A DNA stretch of 32,000 bases, from NCBI RefSeq assembly GCF_016127575.1, contig NZ_CP066018.1, positions 1,410,001 to 1,442,000 of the forward strand, in the 5' to 3' direction. Within the stretch, counting starts at the first letter, position 1. Each line of letters starts with the position of its first letter. The stretch is from Cupriavidus necator (GTDB lineage: Bacteria > Pseudomonadota > Gammaproteobacteria > Burkholderiales > Burkholderiaceae). Below are positions 15,492 through 23,286 of the stretch, one piece after another. A program made the translations under genes and the position numbers. The notes beneath the pieces were generated by a model. It was not told where the DNA came from and did no database searches. It was given only the letters and a program-made list of their open reading frames with translations.

Positions 15492-16739
15492 TCAGCTCGC
15501 GAGGTATCGCTCCACCAGCCGCGTCCAGTAGGCCGCGCCGACGGTCAGGTTCTCGTCGTTGAAGTCGTAGCCGGCGTTGTGCAGCAGCGGCTGGTTGGCG
15601 CCGTTGCCCAGCCGCACGAAGCAGCCCGGGCGCTGCTGCAGGAAGTAGGCAAAGTCCTCGCTGCCGGCGATGCGCGCGGCCTGGTCCACCACCTTGCCGG
15701 CACCGACCAGCTCCTCGGCCACCTGGCGCGCGAACTCGGTCTCGCGCTCGCTGTTGACCAGCACCGGGTAGCCGCGCACATAGTCGACCTCGGCCACCGC
15801 GCCGTAGCCTTCGGCGTGCGACGTGGCCAGCTGGCGGATGCGGTTCTCCACCGATGCGCGCACCTCGGGGTTGAACGAGCGCACGCTGATCTCCATGCGC
15901 GCATTGTCCGGGATCACATTGGGCGCGTGGCCGGCGTGCAGCGTGCCGATCGTCACCACCGCGGTCTCGTTCGGGTCGACATAGCGCGCGACCACCGACT
16001 GCAGCGCCATCACCAGGCTGCCTGCCACCAGGATCGGGTCGACCGACTGGTGCGGGCGCGCGGCGTGGCCGCCCTTGCCGCGGATGGTGATGGTGACCGT
16101 GTCGCATGCCGCCATGAAGGGGCCCGAGCGGAACAGGAAGGTGCCCTGCTCCACGCCCGGATGGTTGTGCAGCCCGAAGATCGCATCGCAGGGAAAACGC
16201 TCGAACAGCCCGTCGGCCAGCATGCGCTCGGCGCCGCCGCCCGCGCCGATTTCCTCGGCCGGCTGGAAGATCAGGTGCACGGTGCCGTCAAAGTTGCGCG
16301 TGCGCGCCAGCTGCTTTGCCGCGCCGAGCAGGATCGCGGTATGGCCGTCGTGGCCGCAGGCGTGCATGCGGCCGGCATTGACGCTGGCGTACGGCAGTGC
16401 GGTGCGTTCGTGGATCGGCAAGGCGTCCATGTCGGCGCGGATGCCCACGCTGTGCCCGCTGTCACCGCAGCGCAAGGTGCCCACCACCCCGGTGCCGCCC
16501 ACGCCGCGCGTGACCGTATAGCCCCACGTCTCCAGCAGGCTGGCGACCAGGCCCGAAGTGCGGACCTCGTCGAAGGCGAGTTCGGGATGCTGGTGGATAT
16601 TGCGCCGGATGACTTCAAGTTCGGCGCGGCTGTCCAGGGTGTCGGCCAGCGCGCAGTACCGGTGCTTGAGTGGTGACGTGGGGGACGCCGTGAGGGTGGT
16701 GCCGAGATAGGACTCGATTTCGGGGGCGTGCTCAGACAT
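15492..16739 (-). CDS. M20D-family amidohydrolase (N-acyl-amino-acid / hippurate hydrolase-like)
   Basis: 415 aa. Motifs are IHQHPELAFDEVRTS, GIRADMDALPIHE, MHACGHDGH, FQPAEE and GLHNHPG. Confidence 0.9.
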   Translation of the reverse strand: MSEHAPEIESYLGTTLTASPTSPLKHRYCALADTLDSRAELEVIRRNIHQHPELAFDEVRTSGLVASLLETWGYTVTRGVGGTGVVGTLRCGDSGHSVGIRADMDALPIHERTALPYASVNAGRMHACGHDGHTAILLGAAKQLARTRNFDGTVHLIFQPAEEIGAGGGAERMLADGLFERFPCDAIFGLHNHPGVEQGTFLFRSGPFMAACDTVTITIRGKGGHAARPHQSVDPILVAGSLVMALQSVVARYVDPNETAVVTIGTLHAGHAPNVIPDNARMEISVRSFNPEVRASVENRIRQLATSHAEGYGAVAEVDYVRGYPVLVNSERETEFARQVAEELVGAGKVVDQAARIAGSEDFAYFLQQRPGCFVRLGNGANQPLLHNAGYDFNDENLTVGAAYWTRLVERYLAS

Positions 16740-16968
16740 GGTGTTTTGCTCTCTGGCGAAACCTGTACAACCAGTATTTCACGCAGAAAACGCGAGCGAA
16801 ACGCCAAGCGTGCGAATTCCTGTAAAACCATGTAATCGGGCCCGTTTCAGCACCGGAACTGTTGCCCTAATCGTACGCTTTGTATGGAAACCAAACGCTT
16901 TGTGTAAAAGCGTATCGATGGGGAACCATTGCGGACCGCGTATTAGCCCGCGGCAGTGCTGCCGGCAT

Positions 16969-16990
16969 GCGTCACCCCGAAGGGTGACGC
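16969..16990. terminator. GC-rich hairpin downstream of the FAH-family gene (probable terminator of the GntR-FAH transcript)
   Basis: GCGTCACCC-CGAA-GGGTGACGC is a perfect 9-bp stem. It is preceded by a second palindrome, CGGCAG-TG-CTGCCG, at 16951..16964. There is no strong U-run. Confidence 0.5.
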
Positions 16991-17008
16991 GATGCCACTG
17001 CCCTGCCC

Positions 17009-17857
17009 TCAGAGTTCGCCGTAGGGCACCACCTGCTGCGTCTGCTCGCCCAGCCCGTCCACGCCCAGGCGCATGGTGTCGCCGGCCTTCAGGAAGCGCG
17101 GCGGCTTGAAACCCATGCCCACGCCCGGCGGCGTGCCGGTCGCGATCAGGTCGCCCGGCAGCAGCGTCATGAAGCGGCTGACATAGCTGACCACGGTGGC
17201 CACGTCGAAGACCATGGTGGCGGTGCTGCCCTTCTGCACGCGCTCGCCGTTGACCTCCAGCCACAGGCCCAGCGCCTGCGGGTCCTGCACTTCGTCGCGC
17301 GTCACCAGCCACGGGCCGGCCGGGCAGAAGGTGTCGCAGCCTTTGCCCTTGTCCCAGGTGCCGCCGCGCTCGATCTGGAACTCGCGCTCGGACACGTCAT
17401 TGACCACGCAGTAGCCGGCCACGTGGTTCAGCGCCGCTTCGCGCGAGACATTGCGCGCGGTGCTGCCGATGACCACGCCCAGCTCCACTTCCCAGTCGGT
17501 CTTTTCCGAGCCGAGCGGCAGCATCACCACGTCGTTGGGACCATTCAGCGAGCTGTTGGCCTTCAGGAACACGATCGGCTCGGCCGGCAGCGGCATGCCG
17601 GCCTCGGCGGCGTGGTCGGCATAGTTCAGGCCGATCGCCACGATCTTGCCGACGCCGCTCCAGGGCACGCCAAAGCGTGCGCCCTCGATCACCGGGAGCG
17701 ACGCGGGGTCCACCTGCGCCAGCCGCGCCAGCGCCGCCGGCGCCAGCTGCAACGCGCCGATATCGGCCACCACGCCGGACAGGTCGCGCACGCGGCCTTG
17801 CGCATCGATCATGCCCGGGCGCTCGGCGCCGGGGTTGCCTACTCGAACCAGTTTCAT
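17009..17857 (-). CDS. Fumarylacetoacetate hydrolase (FAH) family protein (FAHD1/YcgM-like hydrolase or decarboxylase)
   Basis: 282 aa. The metal-binding pattern is DWEVELGVVIG ... VVNDVSEREFQ, followed by GKGCDTFCPAGPW and PGDLIATGTPPGVG. Confidence 0.9.
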   Translation of the reverse strand: MKLVRVGNPGAERPGMIDAQGRVRDLSGVVADIGALQLAPAALARLAQVDPASLPVIEGARFGVPWSGVGKIVAIGLNYADHAAEAGMPLPAEPIVFLKANSSLNGPNDVVMLPLGSEKTDWEVELGVVIGSTARNVSREAALNHVAGYCVVNDVSEREFQIERGGTWDKGKGCDTFCPAGPWLVTRDEVQDPQALGLWLEVNGERVQKGSTATMVFDVATVVSYVSRFMTLLPGDLIATGTPPGVGMGFKPPRFLKAGDTMRLGVDGLGEQTQQVVPYGEL

Positions 17858-17882
17858 CGTCGTCGTTATCTTCAGGGGTTGT

Positions 17883-18566
17883 TCAGGCGGACTTCTTGAG
17901 GGTGGCGCCGATTGCGCCGGTTGCGCCGGCCTCGGCCAGGGTCTGCGCCACCACGCTCAGGACTTCCCTGGCGGTGTTCTCGGAGTGGGCGCGCAGCACC
18001 TGCGCCAGGCGCGGCCGGCCGGGCTCGCGCAGCGCGGCCATGATGGCCTCGTGTTCCTCATGCGACTCCTGCCAGCGGATGGTATCGGCATTGGCTGCAC
18101 CGCGCGCGCGGTGCACCTTGCTCATCAGCGTGGCATAGACGCCGGCCAGCACCGGATTGGCGGCGCCGTCGATGATCAGCTGGTGGATTTCCTGGTTGAT
18201 GCGGAAATAGTCGGTGCGCCGGCCCGCCGCATGCGCATCGATCATGGCCTGGTGGCGCCGCTCCAGCTTGGCCATGGCGGCCGCACCCAGGCGCTGCGCG
18301 GCCAGTTCACCCGCCAGCGCCTCGAGCCCGTGCAGGGTCTCGAAGGTGGCGCGCAGCTCCTCCAGGTCCAGCGGCGCCACGCGATAGCCGATGTACTGCC
18401 GGTGCAGCACCAGCCCCTCGGACACCAGCACCTTCAGCGCCTCGCGCAGCGGCGTCTTGGAGACATCGAAGGTCTCGCAGAAGGCCCGTTCATCGATCCT
18501 CGCGCCGGGCGGCAGTTCGCCCTCTTCGATCATGGTGCGCAGCCGGGCGGCGATTTCGGCCGACAT
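17883..18566 (-). CDS. GntR-family transcriptional regulator (FadR/FCD subfamily)
   Basis: MSAEIAARLRTMIEEGELPPGARIDERAFCETFDVSKTPLREALKVLVSEGLV, followed by an all-helical FCD-type C-terminus. The start is taken as the ATG at 18566. In-frame GTGs at 18611 and 18620 are possible alternatives, and the ORF-track start at 18776 is very unlikely. Confidence 0.85.
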   Translation of the reverse strand: MSAEIAARLRTMIEEGELPPGARIDERAFCETFDVSKTPLREALKVLVSEGLVLHRQYIGYRVAPLDLEELRATFETLHGLEALAGELAAQRLGAAAMAKLERRHQAMIDAHAAGRRTDYFRINQEIHQLIIDGAANPVLAGVYATLMSKVHRARGAANADTIRWQESHEEHEAIMAALREPGRPRLAQVLRAHSENTAREVLSVVAQTLAEAGATGAIGATLKKSA

Positions 18567-18663
18567 GCCGAGCGTGCGCAGGCGCGTGGTTTGGGAAAGC
18601 GTTTGTGTCACAGACGTCACCAGATTGGGGAAATGCACCACGACAAGGCTACCACATACCAAA

Positions 18664-18692
18664 ATTGTGCATGCGCAACATCGCAAAATCAA
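18664..18692 (-). promoter_or_regulatory. Candidate sigma-70 promoter of the GntR-family gene
   Basis: On the reverse strand: TTGATT (18692..18687), a 17-nt spacer, then CACAAT (18669..18664). It lies in an AT-richer intergenic stretch. Confidence 0.4.
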
Positions 18693-18705
18693 TGACTTAC
18701 ACGCG

Positions 18706-18734
18706 TTGTAATTACAGATTACGTATCCTATACT
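18706..18734 (+). promoter_or_regulatory. Candidate sigma-70 promoter of the MFS-hydantoinase operon, with an overlapping GntR-type operator
   Basis: TTGTAA (18706..18711), a 17-nt spacer, then TATACT (18729..18734). The perfect palindrome TGTAATTACA (18707..18716, a GT-N4-AC core) overlaps the -35. Confidence 0.5.
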
Positions 18735-18799
18735 CCGGCCTGTTGCGCAAAACGCCAACAGAACTGCCTCACCCAAGGACTAAAACAGGAGACGCCGTC

Positions 18800-20098
18800 A
18801 TGCAGACGACAAGCCGGGCGACAGTGGTCACGGAGGCCAAGACCTCCGTTCGCTGGAAGATTTTTTTGATGATGCTGTTCCTCATCGCGATCAACTACAT
18901 CGATCGCGCCTCACTGTCAGTGGCGATGCCGCTGATCGCCAAGGAGTTCGACCTCAGCCCCACCATGCAGGGCCTGATCCTCAGCTCGTTCTTCTGGACC
19001 TATGCGCTGATGCAGGTGCCGGGCGGCATGCTGGCCGACAAGTACAAGCCGCGCATCGTGATCGCCTGCGCCACCGTGTTCTGGGGCATTGCCCAGGCCG
19101 TGGCGGCCTTCACCACCAACGCCACCGCGCTGCTGCTGACCCGGCTCGGCCTGGGCGCGGCCGAAGCGCCGATCTACCCGGCCGGCGGCAAGCTCAACGC
19201 GATCTGGATGACCCAGAACGAACGCGGCCGCGGCGCCACCCTGCTTGACGGCGGCGCGCCGCTGGGCGCCGCGCTCGGCGCCATCATCATCACGTGGCTG
19301 ATCGCCACGCTGGGTTCGTGGCGCCTGGCCTTTATCGTTGCCGGCGTCGGCACCGTGCTGGCCGGCGTGCTGGCCTGGTACTACGTGCGCAACTCCCCGC
19401 GCGAGCACCGCGGCGTGAACGAACTGGAAGCCCGCTACATCGAGGAAGCCCAGGCCAATGAACACCGCGCCGAGCCGGCCAACCTGTCGGGCCGTTCGCT
19501 GGACTTCTTCAAGTACCGCTCGGTGTGGTGCATGGCGATCGGCTGGATGTGCTTCAACACCGTGTTCTACGGCCTGCTGACCTGGATGCCCAACTACCTG
19601 AACAAGGTGCACGGCTTCGACATCAAGCAGATGGGCGGCGCCAGCTTCATCATCTTCTTCAGCGGCTTCGTGGGCGAACTGATCGGCGGCTGGATCGCCG
19701 ACAAGTGGAAGGAAGCCGGCGGCCGGCCCAATGTGGTGATGCGCACGCTGTTCGGCATTGCCGCGGTGGTGGCCACGGTCTCGATCTTCTCGGTGGCCTA
19801 CGTCACCGACCCGATCGTGGTGGTCGTGCTGCTGTCGTCGACGCTGTTCTTCCTGCGCTGGTGCGGCCTGTTCTGGTGCGTTCCGTCGATGCTCGGCACC
19901 CGCAACAAGATCGGCTTCCTGGGCGGCGTGATGAACCTGGGCGGCAATATCGGCGGCATCACGGTGCCCATCATCGTCGGCATGATCGTGCAGTTCACCG
20001 GCTCGTACTTCCTGGCGCTGATGTTCTTCGCCGCGGCTGGCGTCGGCCTGCTGCTGGCTTCCACCGCCATCGACTACGAGACCAAGATCCCGGTCTGA
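18800..20098 (+). CDS. MFS transporter, anion:cation symporter (ACS) family (galactonate/glucarate/phthalate-transporter-like)
   Basis: An AGGAGA RBS precedes MQTTSRATVVTEAKTSVRWKIFLMMLFLIAINYIDRASLSVAMPLIAKEF...LGLGAAEAPIYPAGGKL. About 12 TM segments. The start was moved in from 18605. Confidence 0.88.
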   Translation: MQTTSRATVVTEAKTSVRWKIFLMMLFLIAINYIDRASLSVAMPLIAKEFDLSPTMQGLILSSFFWTYALMQVPGGMLADKYKPRIVIACATVFWGIAQAVAAFTTNATALLLTRLGLGAAEAPIYPAGGKLNAIWMTQNERGRGATLLDGGAPLGAALGAIIITWLIATLGSWRLAFIVAGVGTVLAGVLAWYYVRNSPREHRGVNELEARYIEEAQANEHRAEPANLSGRSLDFFKYRSVWCMAIGWMCFNTVFYGLLTWMPNYLNKVHGFDIKQMGGASFIIFFSGFVGELIGGWIADKWKEAGGRPNVVMRTLFGIAAVVATVSIFSVAYVTDPIVVVVLLSSTLFFLRWCGLFWCVPSMLGTRNKIGFLGGVMNLGGNIGGITVPIIVGMIVQFTGSYFLALMFFAAAGVGLLLASTAIDYETKIPV

Positions 20099-20187
20099 AG
20101 ACCCGTCGGATCACCGAACTCCGAAAAACCAGCGAAAGGGCCGGCAATGTCCCGGCCCTCGCAACCACTCCTGAGACAAAAAGCAAA

Positions 20188-20916
20188 ATGACCAAGCAAA
20201 TCCGCCTCGGCATGCTGACGCCGTCTTCCAACACTGCGCTCGAACCCATCACCAGCGCGATGGTTGCCGGCCTGCCCAACGTCAGCGCGCATTTCTCGCG
20301 CTTCACCGTGACCGAGATCTCGCTGCGCGACCAGGCCCTGGGCCAGTTCAACCTGGACAAGATCCTGGCCGCCGCCAGCCTGCTGGCCGATGCCCGCGTC
20401 GATGTCATCGCCTGGAACGGCACGTCTTCCGGCTGGCTCGGCTTCGACAAGGATGAGGCGCTGTGCCGGCAGATCACCGAAGCCACCGGCATCCCGGCCA
20501 CCACCTCGGTGCTTGCGCTCAACGAGATCCTGGAAAAGACCGGCGCGCGCAACTTCGGCCTGGCCACGCCGTACCTGGACGACGTGCAGCAGCGCATCAT
20601 CGCCAACTACGAGCGCAGCGGCTTTCACTGCGTGGCGGAGAGCCACCTGGACCTGCGTGTGAACTACAGCTTCGCCGAGGTCGAGGAAGACACCATCCGC
20701 GAGATGGTGCGCGGCCTGGCCCAGCACCAGCCGCAGGCCATCACCACCTTCTGCACCAACCTGCGCGCCGCGCACCTGGCCGAAGAACTTGAAGCCGAAA
20801 CCGGCATTCCGCTGTACGACACCATCTCCACCGTGGTGTGGAAGTCGCTGCGCCTGTGCGGCGTGGACACGCGCGAGCTGCGCGGCTGGGGCCGCCTGTT
20901 CCGCGAAGTGGAGTAA
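20188..20916 (+). CDS. Asp/Glu-racemase-superfamily protein of the maleate isomerase / arylmalonate decarboxylase type
   Basis: 242 aa: MTKQIRLGMLTPSSNTALEP..., IAWNGTSSGW, GLATPYLDD, TTFCTNLRA, and C-terminal GWGRLF. The layout and length match maleate isomerase and AMDase as I recall them. The start was moved in from 19525. Confidence 0.8.
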   Translation: MTKQIRLGMLTPSSNTALEPITSAMVAGLPNVSAHFSRFTVTEISLRDQALGQFNLDKILAAASLLADARVDVIAWNGTSSGWLGFDKDEALCRQITEATGIPATTSVLALNEILEKTGARNFGLATPYLDDVQQRIIANYERSGFHCVAESHLDLRVNYSFAEVEEDTIREMVRGLAQHQPQAITTFCTNLRAAHLAEELEAETGIPLYDTISTVVWKSLRLCGVDTRELRGWGRLFREVE

Positions 20917-20920
20917 GCCG

Positions 20921-22342
20921 ATGTCCGCTCACGACAGCCTTGACCTGGTGATCCGGCGCGCGGACGTGGTCACTGCGTCCGACCGCTTCCGCTGCGATAT
21001 CGGCGTGCGCAACGGGCAGATCGTCGCGCTCGGCCACGCGCTGCCGCAAGGCGCGCGCGAGATCGATGCCGATGGCCTGCTGGCGCTGCCCGGCGGCGTC
21101 GATGGCCATTGCCACCTCGACCAGCCCATGCCCGACGGCCTGCGCATGGCCGACGACTTCTTCACCGGCACGCGCGCCGCGGTGTGCGGCGGCACCACCA
21201 CCGTGATCCCGTTTGCCGCGCAGGAGAAGGGCGCTTCGCTCAAGGCTGCCGTGGCGGACTACCATCGCCGCGCGGAAGGCCGCGCGGTGATCGACTACGC
21301 CTTCCACCTGATCGTGGCAGACCCCACGCCGGCAGTGCTGGCCGATGAACTGCCGGCGCTGATCCGCAAGGGCTACAGCTCGTTCAAGGTCTACATGACC
21401 TATGACGACCTGAAGCTGTCCGACCGCGAAATGCTGTCGGTGCTGGACGTCGCCAAGCAGAACGGCGCGCTGGTGATGGTGCATGCCGAGAACGCCGACT
21501 GCATCTCGTGGCTGACCGACAAGCTGGTCGGGGAAGGGCGCATCGCACCGCGCTTCCACGGCCTGGCACGTCCCGCCGCAGTGGAGCGCGAGGCCACGCA
21601 CCGCGCCATCACCTTTGCCGAACTGGTCGACGTGCCGATCCTGATCGTGCATGTCTCGGGCAAGGAAGCGATCGAGCAGATCCGCTGGGCACAGGGCAGG
21701 GGGCTGCAGATCCTGGCCGAGACCTGCCCGCAGTACCTGTACCTGACCGCCGACGACATGGCCTTGCCCGGCGACGACGGCTACGAAGGCGCCAAGTGCG
21801 TGTGCAGCCCGCCGCCGCGCGACCCCGAGAACCAGGCAGCGGTCTGGCGCGCGCTGACCAATGGCGTGTTCAGCGTGTTCTCGTCAGACCATGCACCGTT
21901 CCGCTATGACGACCCGCAAGGCAAGCAGCCGGGCGGCGAGCGGCCTTCGTTCGAGCACATCCCCAACGGCGTGCCGGGCATCGAGACGCGCCTGCCGCTG
22001 CTGTTCGACGGCGTGGCGCGCGGCAAGCTGTCGCTGCACCAGTTCGTCGAGCTGACCTCATGGCGGCCGGCACGGCTGTATGGCCTGTATCCGCGCAAGG
22101 GCACCATCGCCATCGGCGCGGATGCGGACATCGTGCTGTGGGACCCGAACCAGCGCGTGCAGATCCGCAACAGCGCGCTGCACCACGCGGTGGACTACAC
22201 GCCATACGAAGGCATCGAAGTGACCGGCTGGCCGGTGCATTGCTTCTCGCGCGGCGAGATGCTGGTGCGCGATGGCCAGTACCAGGAACCCCAGGCCGGA
22301 CGCGGGCAGTTCCTGCCGGCGGGCGCGCCGATGCTTGGTTGA
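20921..22342 (+). CDS. Cyclic amidohydrolase: D-hydantoinase / dihydropyrimidinase-like
   Basis: 473 aa. The full metal-centre pattern is present: GGVDGHCHLDQP (HxH), SSFKVYMTY (the Lys that is carboxylated), VMVHAEN, ILIVHVSGKEA and FSSDHAPF. The start ATG at 20921 is 4 nt after the upstream stop. Confidence 0.9.
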   Translation: MSAHDSLDLVIRRADVVTASDRFRCDIGVRNGQIVALGHALPQGAREIDADGLLALPGGVDGHCHLDQPMPDGLRMADDFFTGTRAAVCGGTTTVIPFAAQEKGASLKAAVADYHRRAEGRAVIDYAFHLIVADPTPAVLADELPALIRKGYSSFKVYMTYDDLKLSDREMLSVLDVAKQNGALVMVHAENADCISWLTDKLVGEGRIAPRFHGLARPAAVEREATHRAITFAELVDVPILIVHVSGKEAIEQIRWAQGRGLQILAETCPQYLYLTADDMALPGDDGYEGAKCVCSPPPRDPENQAAVWRALTNGVFSVFSSDHAPFRYDDPQGKQPGGERPSFEHIPNGVPGIETRLPLLFDGVARGKLSLHQFVELTSWRPARLYGLYPRKGTIAIGADADIVLWDPNQRVQIRNSALHHAVDYTPYEGIEVTGWPVHCFSRGEMLVRDGQYQEPQAGRGQFLPAGAPMLG

Positions 22343-22415
22343 TGACCTGCGGACCTGAAGACTGAAGAGCTGTGCAGGTTTGCTGTTTTCGCTGTTCGAC
22401 AAACACTATCTCCCC

Positions 22416-23153
22416 ATGCAACTCCTGATCGTCAATCCCAATATCAGCGAATCCGTCACCGCGCTGATCGAAGCCGAGGCGCGCCGCACTGCCGCCTCCA
22501 CCACCACGCTGAAGATGGCCACCGCCCAGTTCGGCGTGGCCTACATCGAAACTCGCTTCGAAGCATTGGTCGGCGGCTATGCCACCGCCTGCGCCGCCGC
22601 GGAACACGCCGGCCAGTTCGACGGCCTGGTGGTCGCCGCGTTCGGCGACCCCGGCCTGGCCGGCCTGAAAGAGCTGTTCGACGTCCCGGTCGTCGGCATG
22701 ACCGAAGCCGCGCTGGCCAGCGCCTGCCTGCTGGGGCAGCGCTTCTCCATCATCGCGATCTCGCACCGCATCCAGGCGTGGTACCGCGAATGCGTGGCGG
22801 CCAACGGCCTGTCGTCGCGGCTGGCCAGCGTGCGCTCGCTGCAGGAGCCGCTGCGCGATATCGGCAGCGTGCAGGAAGACCATGCCGCGCGGCTGGAGCA
22901 ACTGGCCCTGCAGGCCATCGAGCAGGACGGTGCCGACGTGATCATCGTCGCCGGCGCGCCGCTGGCGGGACTGGCGCGCTCGCTGCAAGGGCGCATCGCG
23001 GTGCCGGTGGTGGATGGCGTGTCGAGCGCGGTGCGGCATTGCGAATCGCTGGTGGCCCTGCGCGCCGGCAGCGCCACGCAGGGCAGCTTCGCGCGGCCGC
23101 CGCGCAAGCCCAATGCCGGCCTGCCGCCGGCGCTGGCAAAGCTGCTCGACTGA
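22416..23153 (+). CDS. Asp/Glu/hydantoin racemase family homologue (catalytic cysteines apparently absent)
   Basis: 245 aa: MQLLIVNPNISESVT..., VVAAFGDPGLAGLKE, PVVGMTEAAL, GADVIIVAGAPLAGL and VPVVDGV. The fold-family motifs are present, but Ala and Gly sit where the two Cys are expected. The start was moved to the ATG at 22416. Confidence 0.8.
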   Translation: MQLLIVNPNISESVTALIEAEARRTAASTTTLKMATAQFGVAYIETRFEALVGGYATACAAAEHAGQFDGLVVAAFGDPGLAGLKELFDVPVVGMTEAALASACLLGQRFSIIAISHRIQAWYRECVAANGLSSRLASVRSLQEPLRDIGSVQEDHAARLEQLALQAIEQDGADVIIVAGAPLAGLARSLQGRIAVPVVDGVSSAVRHCESLVALRAGSATQGSFARPPRKPNAGLPPALAKLLD

Positions 23154-23178
23154 GCGCAATCTAGCCGTGTGCAAATCT

Positions 23179-23208
23179 GCAATGCGCGTCCGCAAGGACG
23201 CGCATTGC
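23179..23208 (+). terminator. Strong hairpin ending the MFS-hydantoinase operon
   Basis: GCAATGCGCGTCC-GCAA-GGACGCGCATTGC is a perfect 13-bp stem, 26 nt after the stop codon. Only a weak U-tract follows. Confidence 0.6.
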
Positions 23209-23286
23209 TGCATAAGGGGGGCGATCCTAGACTGCCTGCACGGCCGCCGCATGGCGTGGCGGCCAGGCAACCACCACAGGATCGCA

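Noticed and set aside
18605-18799. ORF-track N-terminal extensions: MFS 18605, GntR 18776, corA 4219, minC 4180, hydantoinase 20789, AMDase-like 19525, racemase-like 22380, GST 23014, fsr 14532, TetR 28926 and DUF2855 28845.
   Set aside because: The extensions run through intergenic or neighbouring-gene sequence and lack family-typical N-termini. In each case an internal ATG with a better RBS, or a canonical N-terminal motif, is available.
15492-23208. Reading the region as a classical hydantoinase, carbamoylase and racemase cassette for amino-acid production.
   Set aside because: The M20 enzyme carries the M20D MHACGHDGH aminoacylase/hippuricase signature rather than looking like the hydantoinase/carbamoylase-type amidase. 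It is separated from the operon by hairpins and a repeat-rich gap. The racemase homologue seems to lack its catalytic cysteines. The canonical interpretation is therefore not supported.
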